From the NCBI GenBank assembly GCA_023431185.1, contig JAEYXS010000078.1, positions 43 through 64,042 on the forward strand: a stretch of DNA of 64,000 bases, given 5' to 3'. Each line of letters starts with the position of its first letter. The first letter of the stretch is position 1. Shown one piece after another: positions 21,972-31,367 of the stretch. This stretch comes from Verrucomicrobiota bacterium. GTDB taxonomy: Bacteria > Verrucomicrobiota > Verrucomicrobiia > Limisphaerales > JAEYXS01. The position numbers and the translations under genes were made by a program. The notes below the pieces were generated by a model. It had not been told where the DNA came from. It worked only from the letters and a program-made list of their open reading frames with translations, and searched no databases.

Positions 21972-22856
21972 ATGGCCCACGCGACCGGTTCGCCCAGAAG
22001 TAGTTTGCCGCTCGCGGGCTACGCCTCGCCAGGCAGAGACAATCATGTGATGCAGGAACAGGCGGTCAACGTAGGTGCAAGTGACACGGCACCCATGTCC
22101 CTGCCGGGGCGTCCCTTGCTGGCGCCCGGCGAGATGTGGCGGCGGCCGCTACCCCATTTGGCCAAGGATCACCTCACGCGTTTCCTCACCCGGCTGGCCT
22201 TGCACCTGTATCGCGGGCATTTTCTGGAAGTGATCGGGGCGGAGCGGCTGAAGCCCGAGCATGACCCCTACATCGTGGTGCTGAACCACAGCCAGCGCTC
22301 CGAGGCCATCCTGATCCCCGGGCTCTTCTTTTTTTTGCGGGATGGCAGGCGCGTCCATTTCATGGCGGACTGGAATTTTTGTCTTTTTCCTCCGGTGGCC
22401 ATATTATATCGCTGTGCGCAGGTCATCACGCTCGTGCGCAAGCCGGCGAAGCCCAAGTTCCTGAACGTGTTCAAGCCGTTGTTCACGGACAAGCTGCCGG
22501 CCTTCGAACGGGCCAAACTGCGCTTGGCGGAAGGCGCGCCAGTGGGCATCTTTCCCGAAGGCACGGTGAACCGGAATCCGCAGGAATTGTTGAAGGGATT
22601 TTACGGGGCGGCGCAACTGTCGCTGGAGACGGGAGTGCCGCTGTTGCCGGTGGGCGTGCGGTTTCCAACGAACCCGGCTGGCGAGCCGATCCTGGAATCC
22701 TCGCCGCAAGTGATTGAGATCGGTGAGCCGTTGGTGCCGGAAAAAAAACTTAGCAACCCGGGCCCTGATGAGGTGCGGGCCTGGCACGCGCGGATGATGA
22801 ACGAAATAGCCCGGTTATCCGGCAAACAATGGCAGTCTAATAGTAAACGCAAATGA
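21972..22856 (+). CDS. PlsC-family lysophospholipid/1-acylglycerol-3-phosphate-type acyltransferase
   Basis: Acyltransferase blocks 'VLNHSQRSE' (H-x4-E variant of H-x4-D) and 'IFPEGTVNR'. The true start may be an internal Met (22050, 22095 or 22134). Confidence 0.8.
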   Translation: MAHATGSPRSSLPLAGYASPGRDNHVMQEQAVNVGASDTAPMSLPGRPLLAPGEMWRRPLPHLAKDHLTRFLTRLALHLYRGHFLEVIGAERLKPEHDPYIVVLNHSQRSEAILIPGLFFFLRDGRRVHFMADWNFCLFPPVAILYRCAQVITLVRKPAKPKFLNVFKPLFTDKLPAFERAKLRLAEGAPVGIFPEGTVNRNPQELLKGFYGAAQLSLETGVPLLPVGVRFPTNPAGEPILESSPQVIEIGEPLVPEKKLSNPGPDEVRAWHARMMNEIARLSGKQWQSNSKRK

Positions 22857-23584
22857 CACTCTCTCTGAAAAAACGCACGCGGGTGACGCGGGTGAACACG
22901 GATGCCGACCGTCTGCACGCCATCACCGTGCTGAAGGCCACCTACCATGAGGAGAAGAACTGGGTGGCCAATGAGCAGAAGATGTTTTTGAGCGCGGACC
23001 TGCAAGACCCGAAAGTGTCGTGGTTCGTCGTGTTCGTGGAGGAAAAGCCGGTGGGCGTGTTGCGCGTGCTGTATGAGCTGCCGTTGGATGTTTACAAGGA
23101 ATACGGCTTCAAACAGCTCGGTCAGGGTATCGACATCGAGGGCTTCGTGAAGGCGAACAAGATCGCGGAGATCGGCCGGTTCGCCGTGTTGCCGGAGTAT
23201 CGCAAGTACATTGTGGTCGTTGGCGCGCTGATGCGCGAAGCGAGCAAGGAAACAGTGCAGCGCGGGTTCACGCACTACATCACGGACATCTTCGAAGGCG
23301 AGAAGCACAGCCCGTATCTCTTCCACACGCGCGTGATGGGTTTCATCCCGGTGGCGACGCATGATGTGGGTGAACTGAACTGCCCGCTGCGCCGCATCAC
23401 CATGGTGCTGGACATCAAGGCGGCGTATAACCGCCTGCGTGATTCCAATGGTTTTGTGTTCCGCTTCCTCACGGAAGACTGGGACAAGTCCCTCCATGAG
23501 AAACTGCGCGACGGCGATCCCAAGAAGAGCACGGAAGGGATGCTGCTGGCGATGGCGCGGGCGTATGGGCTGGTGGGGAAGTGA
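22853..23584 (+). CDS. GNAT-fold N-acyltransferase (N-acyl amino acid synthase / OlsB-like)
   Basis: ATGA start/stop overlap with the upstream gene. 'IAEIGRFAVLPEYRK' is the acyl-CoA N-acyltransferase core. Size is ~240 aa. Confidence 0.7.
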   Translation: MTLSLKKRTRVTRVNTDADRLHAITVLKATYHEEKNWVANEQKMFLSADLQDPKVSWFVVFVEEKPVGVLRVLYELPLDVYKEYGFKQLGQGIDIEGFVKANKIAEIGRFAVLPEYRKYIVVVGALMREASKETVQRGFTHYITDIFEGEKHSPYLFHTRVMGFIPVATHDVGELNCPLRRITMVLDIKAAYNRLRDSNGFVFRFLTEDWDKSLHEKLRDGDPKKSTEGMLLAMARAYGLVGK

Positions 23585-23680
23585 GGCCGGTTGTGCCATC
23601 CGTAAGCGGGCGCGCGCCGGGCGGTGCCTCGAATCGGGCAGACTGCGCATAAAAAGCAGGCCGTGCTGGATAATAAAAAA

Positions 23681-23719
23681 CGCGGACTGGTTCTCAAACC
23701 AGCCCGCGTGAATTTTTTT
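23681..23719. terminator. Bidirectional terminator between convergent genes
   Basis: CGCGGACTGGTT / AACCAGCCCGCG stem (one mismatch), flanked by AAAAAA on the 5' side and TTTTTTT on the 3' side. Confidence 0.6.
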
Positions 23720-23731
23720 GGAAATAGCCGC

Positions 23732-24211
23732 TTAGTTCAGCTTGGCGAGGACTTCCTTCACCGCGGCGAAGTTCGGCAGGTCCTTCGGCGTCGGCGTCTG
23801 TTCGCTGTATTGGATGACCCCGTTCTTGTCCACGACGAACGCCGCACGGGCGCTGACGGAGCCGAGACCGATGAGATCGGCGAGGAGCACGCCGTAATCA
23901 GCGGCGGTCTTCTTGTTCAGATCGCTCGCTATGGTGAGGCTGATCTTGTTCTGGGTGGCCCAGGCTTCCTGCGCAAAGGGGCTGTCCACGCTGATGGCGA
24001 TGACATCCGCGTTCAGGCCCGTGTAGGCACCGAGACCGGCGGTGATATCGCACATCTCCTGCGTGCAAACACCAGTAAACGCGAGCGGGAAGAAGAGGAT
24101 GACGGTGTTCTTCTGGCCAAAATTCGCGCTGAGCTTCACGTCCTTCAGACCTTCAGCGGTTTTGGATTTCAGGGAAAAATCAGGGGCTTTGGAGCCAACA
24201 GAGATAGCCAT
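23732..24211 (-). CDS. Peroxiredoxin (AhpC/TSA-redoxin family)
   Basis: 'VILFFPLAFTGVCTQEMC' active-site context. 159 aa. Confidence 0.85.
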   Translation of the reverse strand: MAISVGSKAPDFSLKSKTAEGLKDVKLSANFGQKNTVILFFPLAFTGVCTQEMCDITAGLGAYTGLNADVIAISVDSPFAQEAWATQNKISLTIASDLNKKTAADYGVLLADLIGLGSVSARAAFVVDKNGVIQYSEQTPTPKDLPNFAAVKEVLAKLN

Positions 24212-24378
24212 ATATTAAGCAATTGATGGTTAGCGGTTAATTCGCCCGGAAGTTATAGTTCGTGTGTCTGCGGGTGTCAAACGGCCAATCCACAAGTTTT
24301 TGTGGCGAACGTTTTTCAGCCTTGGTCGTATAACATTTTGGTGCATCGCACTTTGACCGGTTGAGTGTCGGGTGCGGT

Positions 24379-24858
24379 TCAACTGGCAAGTGCGCCCAAG
24401 ACTTCAGCCGCGTGGGTTTCGGGTTTTACCTTGGTCCAGACCTGTTTGATCAAGCCGTCCGGGCCGATGAGAAAAGTCATCCGGTGGATGCCTTCGAACT
24501 TGCGACCCATGAAAGTCTTTTCACCCCAGACCCCAAAGGCTCGGGCGATAGTGCGGTCCACATCGGCCAGAAGCGGGAAGGGCAGGGTGTATTTGGTGGC
24601 GAATTTGGCGTGGGATTTGACGGTGTCTGCGCTGACCCCGAGCAGAATCGCACCTTTTGCCTGTAGTTGGGCATAGTGATCGCGAAAGCCACAGGCTTCC
24701 TTGGTGCAGCCGGGGGTGTCGTCTTTCGGGTAGAAGTAGAGAATGACCGGGTGGCCCCGGAGATTTTTCAGGGTGATGACTTGGCCATCTTGGGTCTGGG
24801 CGGAGATGTCGGGGGCGGCAACTCCGGGGCTGAGCGGTTGGGCTTGGGCTGGAGGCAT
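24379..24858 (-). CDS. bcp: Thiol peroxidase Bcp (PrxQ)
   Basis: 'VILYFYPKDDTPGCTKEACGFRD' is the canonical Bcp motif. Confidence 0.9.
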   Translation of the reverse strand: MPPAQAQPLSPGVAAPDISAQTQDGQVITLKNLRGHPVILYFYPKDDTPGCTKEACGFRDHYAQLQAKGAILLGVSADTVKSHAKFATKYTLPFPLLADVDRTIARAFGVWGEKTFMGRKFEGIHRMTFLIGPDGLIKQVWTKVKPETHAAEVLGALAS

Positions 24859-25169
24859 AAGTATTGGTCTGATAGTTGCTTGTGCAACCGCCGAAGGATA
24901 TAGCCCGGGAAGCGAAAAGGCAAATTAGGGTTGGCCGGATGAGGCGCTAGGGGAAAACCCTAGGTAAAGTGAGCGGGGTTACGGATAGCCAAGAATGGCA
25001 CGCAATGGTTCTATCATGCCAATAAAGGGCTAAGGTGAGCTGGGGGGATAGCGGATAGTAGTAGCAGCTTAGCAGTCGCTAGCAGGGAATTTATGTGTAG
25101 GGCCGGATGGTGGGGTAGAGCTTGCACTGGGTTTGGATGTTAATTAGGCTTAGTGATGATAGTGTTGAG

Positions 25170-26927
25170 ATGATGATGAAACTATTGCTGACAGTTTTAC
25201 TGGTCGCAATCGGCCTAAGTGCTTCGGCGCAAACGCCTGAGGCACCCTCGTCTCCACGAACGCAGATTACCTTGGCCCCGGCGTCTGAGCAAGGTTTGAC
25301 GGTGATTTTGGGTGGTAAAAAATTTATACTACCCAAAGAAATGTCGCTTTTAGACAAGGCTGCCAAGGATGTCGGTATCACCTTGGCACTGGCTTCGCCG
25401 AACCCTCCCTTTGAGCTTCGGGTGGCGAGTGTGACCCATGAAGTGGTGGTGGAAGCCGAGGGCTTTGGCGGCTGGGGCAGCAAGGTGGATCTGGGCGCGA
25501 GCTGTCTGATCCATCCCGATTTCATCCGGCAGATCATTGATTTGACAACCCCAGCGGCGAACACGAACTCGGTGGTGCTGCGTTTTCATGATGGCGGCAA
25601 GGCCCTGATGGGGGGGGGCTCCACGCTGCGATATGATGAATTCAAGGACCGTTCCTACTACGTCTCGGGCAACGGCAAGGTCCAGGCGGAGAATGCGGAC
25701 GGCCAGACCATGGTGCTCTCTTCGTTTGTTCCGCCCATGACCGGCGGTCCGCTGGTGGAGGAGACGGACAAGGACGGAGCGAAGCGCACCCGGCGGTTGA
25801 GCCCGCTGGTGATGGCCCGCGGTGCCGGTGAATTGCTGGAGAAGATCCAGATTGGCCTGCAACAGATGCAATTTGAGTTTGAGCGCGAAGGTCAGAAAAC
25901 CGTGACGCTGGAGAATGGCACCACGGCCGTGATCTACATGAGTCCGGACCGGACGGCCTTGCGCTGGAAGGTGACGAAGGGTTACGTGCGTTTCGGCATG
26001 GAGCAGATACGTTGCTGGCAGGCGCAGATCCTGACCGACCAGAAGGCGGATTTCCAATGGGACTCCACGAACCTGATGGTGGACACGCACAACAACTCGG
26101 ACGCGGACATCTTCCCGGCCAATCGCGACATCCTCTGCACCCTCTCGCGCTCCATCACGGCCAGTACGGGCCCGGGGGGCACTTTCCAATACGCCTTGCT
26201 GGATGATTGTGACAAGTTCGTGGCCAGCGGTTACGGCGGGGATGTCCACATCTACAATTCGCGGACCAGCCGTGGCTTTGAACTGGCGGATGGCACGGTG
26301 CAGTTCCGCAACGGTTCCCCGGCCGGCAGCCCCTCCGGCGGTCAGAAACCGGAGATCAAACTGAGCTGGCAGGATGGTTCGCCCTTGCAAGTCGGCAGTG
26401 CGCAAGGTTCCTTGATTGTGGAAGCAGGTGGCAATCAAACGCTGACTCTCGAAGGCCATGGTGAACTCGGCATCAATTACAGCGGGTCTGGCATCGTGGG
26501 CATCGAATCCCAGTCAGGGGAATACACGCTCCTGCCCAAGATTTTGCAGGACTGGACGTTTGAGGTGGGGGCCAATGATTCGGTGGTCTTCACCTTGGAC
26601 ACTCAAAAAGGCGTCTTCATGGTCCACTCCAAGCCGGGCAACAGCAATCCGGTGAATGTGGGGTCGCCGGACGGATTCAATCCGGTGCTCTTTCCCGATT
26701 CGACCTTGACGTTCGTGCTGGCACCGACGGGGCTGACGCTGGGACGGACGGATGGGACGATCGTTTTTTACGAATCAGCGGGTGCCGGCACCATCGGCGG
26801 TCAAGGGCCAACCGCCCCCACGCTCACCACCGGCGGCACTTTGCCCCCGGCGTTCGGACCGCCGACCACGGGCATTGATCCGACCCAGTTGCGGGTGCCG
26901 CAGGCTCCCGTCAGCAATTTTAATTGA
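25170..26927 (+). CDS. Secreted hypothetical protein (585 aa), first gene of the export cluster
   Basis: The ORF starts at a TTG (25122). ATG triplet at 25170 gives the signal peptide 'MMMKLLLTVLLVAIGLSASAQ'. I recognise no domain. Confidence 0.7.
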   Translation: MMMKLLLTVLLVAIGLSASAQTPEAPSSPRTQITLAPASEQGLTVILGGKKFILPKEMSLLDKAAKDVGITLALASPNPPFELRVASVTHEVVVEAEGFGGWGSKVDLGASCLIHPDFIRQIIDLTTPAANTNSVVLRFHDGGKALMGGGSTLRYDEFKDRSYYVSGNGKVQAENADGQTMVLSSFVPPMTGGPLVEETDKDGAKRTRRLSPLVMARGAGELLEKIQIGLQQMQFEFEREGQKTVTLENGTTAVIYMSPDRTALRWKVTKGYVRFGMEQIRCWQAQILTDQKADFQWDSTNLMVDTHNNSDADIFPANRDILCTLSRSITASTGPGGTFQYALLDDCDKFVASGYGGDVHIYNSRTSRGFELADGTVQFRNGSPAGSPSGGQKPEIKLSWQDGSPLQVGSAQGSLIVEAGGNQTLTLEGHGELGINYSGSGIVGIESQSGEYTLLPKILQDWTFEVGANDSVVFTLDTQKGVFMVHSKPGNSNPVNVGSPDGFNPVLFPDSTLTFVLAPTGLTLGRTDGTIVFYESAGAGTIGGQGPTAPTLTTGGTLPPAFGPPTTGIDPTQLRVPQAPVSNFN

Positions 26928-26948
26928 TGGAAGGCGCAAAGGGACTGG

Positions 26949-28259
26949 ATGAATCACTTGAGCGCCGGGAAAATGCGGGTGAGCAGCTGCGGTAAAATGA
27001 ACCGCAAGTTACAAAGTCTTTTGGCGCTTGGCATTGGCATCATGACCACGATGGTAACAACGGCGGAAGCACAGGTCGGAGAGGATTTCCTCAGCCGCAC
27101 TGGACCGACGCCGCCGTACCGTTCGCCTCAGCCGCATCGCTACAATCTGAAGTGGGGGGATCTGACGGGCCGGCTCACGGGCACGGTGGTGACCGAGTTC
27201 AATGACAACATCAACCTGTCGGAGAACAATCCGGTGGCGGATATCTCCATCGGGCCGGAACTCGGGTTTGGGTTCCTTTATCCCATCTCCGACCGGAATG
27301 TGCTCCAGCTCGACATCGGCGTGGGCTACCGCTGGTACCTGAACAGTCCGGACGTCAGCACCATCACGGTGTCGCCGCGGTCCAGTTCCCGGCTGGATTA
27401 TTATCTGTATTTCGAAGAAGGCCGGGTGAACCTGCACGACATCTTTTATGTGCAAGTCAGTCCGGTGGATATCGCCGCATTGGGTGCAGGGGCAGCTGGT
27501 GGCGTCAATCTTTCCAAGTTCCAGCGGTTTGTGAACACCGCCGGGATATCCTCTGACTGGCGCCCGGCCAAGCAATGGGTGTTCTACGCGGGTTACGATT
27601 ACACCTTGGACCGCTCCCTGAACTCCTCGTTCCGCAGCCTGGACCGGGATGACCACACCTTCAGCTCCGGAGTCAACTACGTGGCCAATTCCCGGCTGAC
27701 CGTAGGTGCCTACAGCGCGTTCACCTATACGACATATCTTCAGGACATCCAAAACGATGGCTGGAATTTCACCATTGGTCCCCGCCTGTCCTATCAGGCG
27801 ACCAAGTTCATCGCGCTGGAGGCCTCTGCCGGCTGGACCACCTCGGATTATTTCGATAACGGTACGATCGCCGACCAGTCGAACTTCAGCAGCTTCACCT
27901 ATCAAGGTGGCATCCGGCACACGATCAACAAGCGGACGGAACAGGCTTTGCGCGGTGGTCGCAGCTTGGGGCTGGGATATGGGAGCAATTTTACGGACAC
28001 CTACAACTTGCAATACAGCCTCCGCTGGCTGGCCTCCCAAGGTGTTTCCATTTACAGCACGCTGGCCTACGAGCATATCGCTGTCTCCAATGCTGGGGAA
28101 TCGGCGGACCGTTATCTGTTCAATCTGGGCACCGGGTTCCAGTTGAGCCGCCGCTGGACTTTGGGGATGAACTACACGCTGAGCAAGAAGGACTCCGATC
28201 TGGCCGGCAACAACTATCTCCAGAACCGGGTAACCTTGGACCTGACCCGTCAATTTTGA
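26949..28259 (+). CDS. Predicted outer-membrane beta-barrel protein (polysaccharide-locus associated)
   Basis: Signal 'MNRKLQSLLALGIGIMTTMVTTAEAQ' (alternative ATG 26997). Alternating aromatic beta-strand pattern. C-terminal '...LDLTRQF'. Confidence 0.7.
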   Translation: MNHLSAGKMRVSSCGKMNRKLQSLLALGIGIMTTMVTTAEAQVGEDFLSRTGPTPPYRSPQPHRYNLKWGDLTGRLTGTVVTEFNDNINLSENNPVADISIGPELGFGFLYPISDRNVLQLDIGVGYRWYLNSPDVSTITVSPRSSSRLDYYLYFEEGRVNLHDIFYVQVSPVDIAALGAGAAGGVNLSKFQRFVNTAGISSDWRPAKQWVFYAGYDYTLDRSLNSSFRSLDRDDHTFSSGVNYVANSRLTVGAYSAFTYTTYLQDIQNDGWNFTIGPRLSYQATKFIALEASAGWTTSDYFDNGTIADQSNFSSFTYQGGIRHTINKRTEQALRGGRSLGLGYGSNFTDTYNLQYSLRWLASQGVSIYSTLAYEHIAVSNAGESADRYLFNLGTGFQLSRRWTLGMNYTLSKKDSDLAGNNYLQNRVTLDLTRQF

Positions 28260-28266
28260 GCTGCTT

Positions 28267-28893
28267 ATGAAAACGCGCATCTATCTCCTGTGCCTCTTGT
28301 GGCTGGCTGTTTCCGGCCTCCACGCGCAGGACCAGCCGGCCACTAACTCCGTGGTGAAGCTGGAGAGCATGGACAAGGTCCGTTTTCGCGTGGAAGAAGA
28401 CCCCTCGGTCGGCAGCACCGTGGTCGCCGTCAATCCGCTGGGTCAGGTCGTTGTGCCCGTGAGCATGGGCTTTGAAGACCCGGTGGTGACGATTCCGGCC
28501 AAGGGCTTGACGGTGGAGGAACTGAAGGAAGCGATCCGGAAACAGATGGAAGGCAAGTATTACAAAAAGGCGACCGTCAAGCTGACCTTGGTGGACAAGA
28601 CCCAGAAGATGGGGCAGGCCCTCTTCATTGGTGAATGCCGGGGGGTGATGCCGATCCCGCCCAACGAGGAAGTGCTCCTCTCCACCGCCCTGATCAAGCT
28701 GGGCTACAGTGAATTCGCCAACCTGAAGAAAGTGGAGCTGTACCGTGAGGACAAGGCCACCGGCAAGAAGCAGGATCCCATCATCCTGGACATGGAAGCA
28801 GTCATCAAGAAGGGCGACCGCAGCAAAGACAAAGACATCGTCTTGCAAGACGGGGACCGCATCAACGTCCGCGAGAAGAGACTGGTATTTTGA
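28267..28893 (+). CDS. Polysaccharide export protein (short Wza-like; Poly_export + SLBB)
   Basis: Signal peptide. 'IPAKGLTVEELKEAI', 'IVLQDGDRINV'. Confidence 0.8.
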   Translation: MKTRIYLLCLLWLAVSGLHAQDQPATNSVVKLESMDKVRFRVEEDPSVGSTVVAVNPLGQVVVPVSMGFEDPVVTIPAKGLTVEELKEAIRKQMEGKYYKKATVKLTLVDKTQKMGQALFIGECRGVMPIPPNEEVLLSTALIKLGYSEFANLKKVELYREDKATGKKQDPIILDMEAVIKKGDRSKDKDIVLQDGDRINVREKRLVF

Positions 28894-28895
28894 GC

Positions 28896-31304
28896 ATGAG
28901 CAAAGGCGCACCCAATCCTTTATACGGTCCGGCGGCAGGTGGTACGTCGCTGGTGGATCGCATGAACCTGTCGATCCATCTGCGGAAGTACATCAAGATG
29001 TTCGGCCGCCGCCTGTGGATCGTCGTGCTCTGCCTGCTGGCCGGTGGCGGGTATTCCTTTTATCAGGCGCGCCAGACGCCGGATGTGTTCCAGGCCACCT
29101 CGACCTTGGGCATCAAGCCCCAGTTGAAGACGCCGTATGACAGCCCGGTCTATATGCGCGAGCTGGCGGAGTTCCATGAGGCGCAGTTGCAGTATTTGCG
29201 GAGCATCACGGGACGGGTGCATGATAAGCTGGGAGATTACAAGTCGGCCAGCGCCCAGCCCGGCCAGCCTGAGCCCAAAGTGCGGATGACGAGCCCTTCC
29301 TTGGGGGCGGGTTCCACTTTCCTGCTCACGGTGCAGGCGGATGAGTTCGATCTGGCCCAGCAGTATGCCCGCCTGTGGGCGCGGGAATTCATCAAGTTCA
29401 AGACGGAACAGAAAGAGGCGGCCCTGGGCAGCAAGGTGATCGAGACCCGTAGTGAGATCAACCGCATTGAAAAGCTGCTGGAACAAAACCGCCGGGAGAT
29501 GGATGCCTTCCGCCTGAAGCATAACATGGGCAACGTGATCGCCACTGGCGAGGCCGCCCAAGCCCGTCTGTTCAAGGCCCAGGATGAACTGGCCACTTTG
29601 CAAGACCGGCGCCGGCTGCTGGAGAACACCTCCGCTGAGGAGCTCCTCGGCTCGCCGAAAAAGTCCAAGGATGGCAACCAGGCGGGGGATGGCCCGGCTC
29701 CGGGAACGGCGGAGTATAACGCCGTGGAGGCGTATATGGCCAGCAGCCAGATGGAACAGTTGAAGTTCGCTCTCTTGAAAAGGAAGGCCGAGCGGGATGA
29801 AGCCGCGCAAAACCTGCTGCCGTTGCATCCCTTCATGCAGAAAATCGAGCGCGATGTCGAAACCTTGGAGCGCGATCTGGCCCTGCAGGAAAAAGTGCTG
29901 GCGGAAAAGCGTGTGCAGGCGGTGGCCGCCGCCCGGGCTTCGCTGCTGTTGCAGATCGAGACCCTCCGCAAGACCGAGGTCGGGATGAGCAATAACATCG
30001 CCATCCTCAAGACGGAGGTCCAGCAATCCTACAGCCTGCAGAATGACTACAAGAAGCTCGAAGATGAGGAGACGCGCAACAAGGCCACGCTGGCGACCCT
30101 GCGTGACCAGGAGGCCTTGATCGACCGCAGCAATGCCACGGAAGACATCATCTCCATCATGGAGGAGGGGGTCGGTTCCCCCGCGCCCGTCGCCCCCAAT
30201 CGTCCCAAGATCATCATGAACGGGCTCATGGCCGGCTTCGGCCTGGGGCTGTTGATCGTCTTCCTGCTGCACCGGCTGGATGACCGGCTGGAACTCGCGG
30301 AAGATATCGAGGAAGAATTGGAAGAGCCCGTGCTGGGCCAGATACCGCAGGAAGACAACAAGTCCCTGCGTGACGGCCGCCTGCTGGTCACCAACCTGGA
30401 TGAACACAGCATGTTCGCGGAATCCATCCGCGGCGTGCGTTCCGCGATCATCTTCGGCAACCCCGACCAGCCCAAAAAGACGATCATCACGACGAGTGCC
30501 GTGCCGGGTGATGGCAAGACGACCTTCACGGTGAATTTCGCAGCCACGCTGGCCGCGGCCGGCAACCGCGTGTTGCTGGTGGATTGCGACCTGCGCCGGG
30601 GCAACATCCATGGTTACTTCCAGACTCCTCGTGAACCGGGCCTGACGGAAGTTCTCGCCGGCCAGATCCATTGGAGCGACGTGGTGCATGACACCCCGGT
30701 GCCGACCTTGAAGATCATCTCCACCGGCAAGCTGCCGGGCAACCCGGGCGAACTGCTCATCAGCCCGGCGATGGAAGAGTTCGTTAAGGAAGCGCGCGAG
30801 GAGTATGATCACATCCTGTTTGACTGCCCGCCGTTGACGGCGATCGATGACACGTTCTGCCTGTTGAATCTGGCGGATGGCATGCTCTTCGTGGTGAAGG
30901 CGGGCCAGACCTCGATGCGTTTTGCGAAGAATGCCCTGAGCCTGGTGCGCCAGCGCGGAGCGCACATCTTTGGCATCGTACTGAACGGCATCACGACCGA
31001 TCACCCGAGCTACTACTACAATTACTACTACCACGCCTACTATCGTACGGCGAAGGATGCGCCGACGACCGAAGGGAATGTGCAGCCGGCCAAGAAGCTG
31101 GCCTCCCGCGGCCGGCGCCGGATCCATTCCATCGAGGTGGAGGCGCATGCCCGCTCCGGCAATCCGATTGAGCCGGAGGTGATCGCCACGCAGGAACAGA
31201 AGAAGGCGGAGGACTTCAAGGCCCGGCGCGCCCAGAAGCTGGCCCAGCAAGCTGGCGAAAAGGCGCAAAACCCGGCCCAGCCGGACCCGGAAGGCAAGGC
31301 ATGA
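28896..31304 (+). CDS. Wzc/GumC-like chain-length determinant fused to a BY-kinase (tyrosine autokinase)
   Basis: Two TM segments flank a long coiled coil. Walker A 'SAVPGDGKTTFTVN', 'LLVDCDLRRG', 'ILFDCPP'. C-terminal Tyr cluster 'SYYYNYYYHAYY'. Confidence 0.9.
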   Translation: MSKGAPNPLYGPAAGGTSLVDRMNLSIHLRKYIKMFGRRLWIVVLCLLAGGGYSFYQARQTPDVFQATSTLGIKPQLKTPYDSPVYMRELAEFHEAQLQYLRSITGRVHDKLGDYKSASAQPGQPEPKVRMTSPSLGAGSTFLLTVQADEFDLAQQYARLWAREFIKFKTEQKEAALGSKVIETRSEINRIEKLLEQNRREMDAFRLKHNMGNVIATGEAAQARLFKAQDELATLQDRRRLLENTSAEELLGSPKKSKDGNQAGDGPAPGTAEYNAVEAYMASSQMEQLKFALLKRKAERDEAAQNLLPLHPFMQKIERDVETLERDLALQEKVLAEKRVQAVAAARASLLLQIETLRKTEVGMSNNIAILKTEVQQSYSLQNDYKKLEDEETRNKATLATLRDQEALIDRSNATEDIISIMEEGVGSPAPVAPNRPKIIMNGLMAGFGLGLLIVFLLHRLDDRLELAEDIEEELEEPVLGQIPQEDNKSLRDGRLLVTNLDEHSMFAESIRGVRSAIIFGNPDQPKKTIITTSAVPGDGKTTFTVNFAATLAAAGNRVLLVDCDLRRGNIHGYFQTPREPGLTEVLAGQIHWSDVVHDTPVPTLKIISTGKLPGNPGELLISPAMEEFVKEAREEYDHILFDCPPLTAIDDTFCLLNLADGMLFVVKAGQTSMRFAKNALSLVRQRGAHIFGIVLNGITTDHPSYYYNYYYHAYYRTAKDAPTTEGNVQPAKKLASRGRRRIHSIEVEAHARSGNPIEPEVIATQEQKKAEDFKARRAQKLAQQAGEKAQNPAQPDPEGKA

Positions 31305-31367
31305 TCCGGCGTCGTCCGGCCGACCGAATAGCTTTGAGGACAGCCAAAACCCCGGCAGACTAAGGCC

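Noticed and set aside
23732-24858. Two adjacent peroxiredoxin genes, considered as a special redox system.
   Set aside because: They belong to different, well-known Prx subfamilies (AhpC/redoxin-type and Bcp). Each has its own upstream spacer, so this is an ordinary antioxidant gene neighbourhood.
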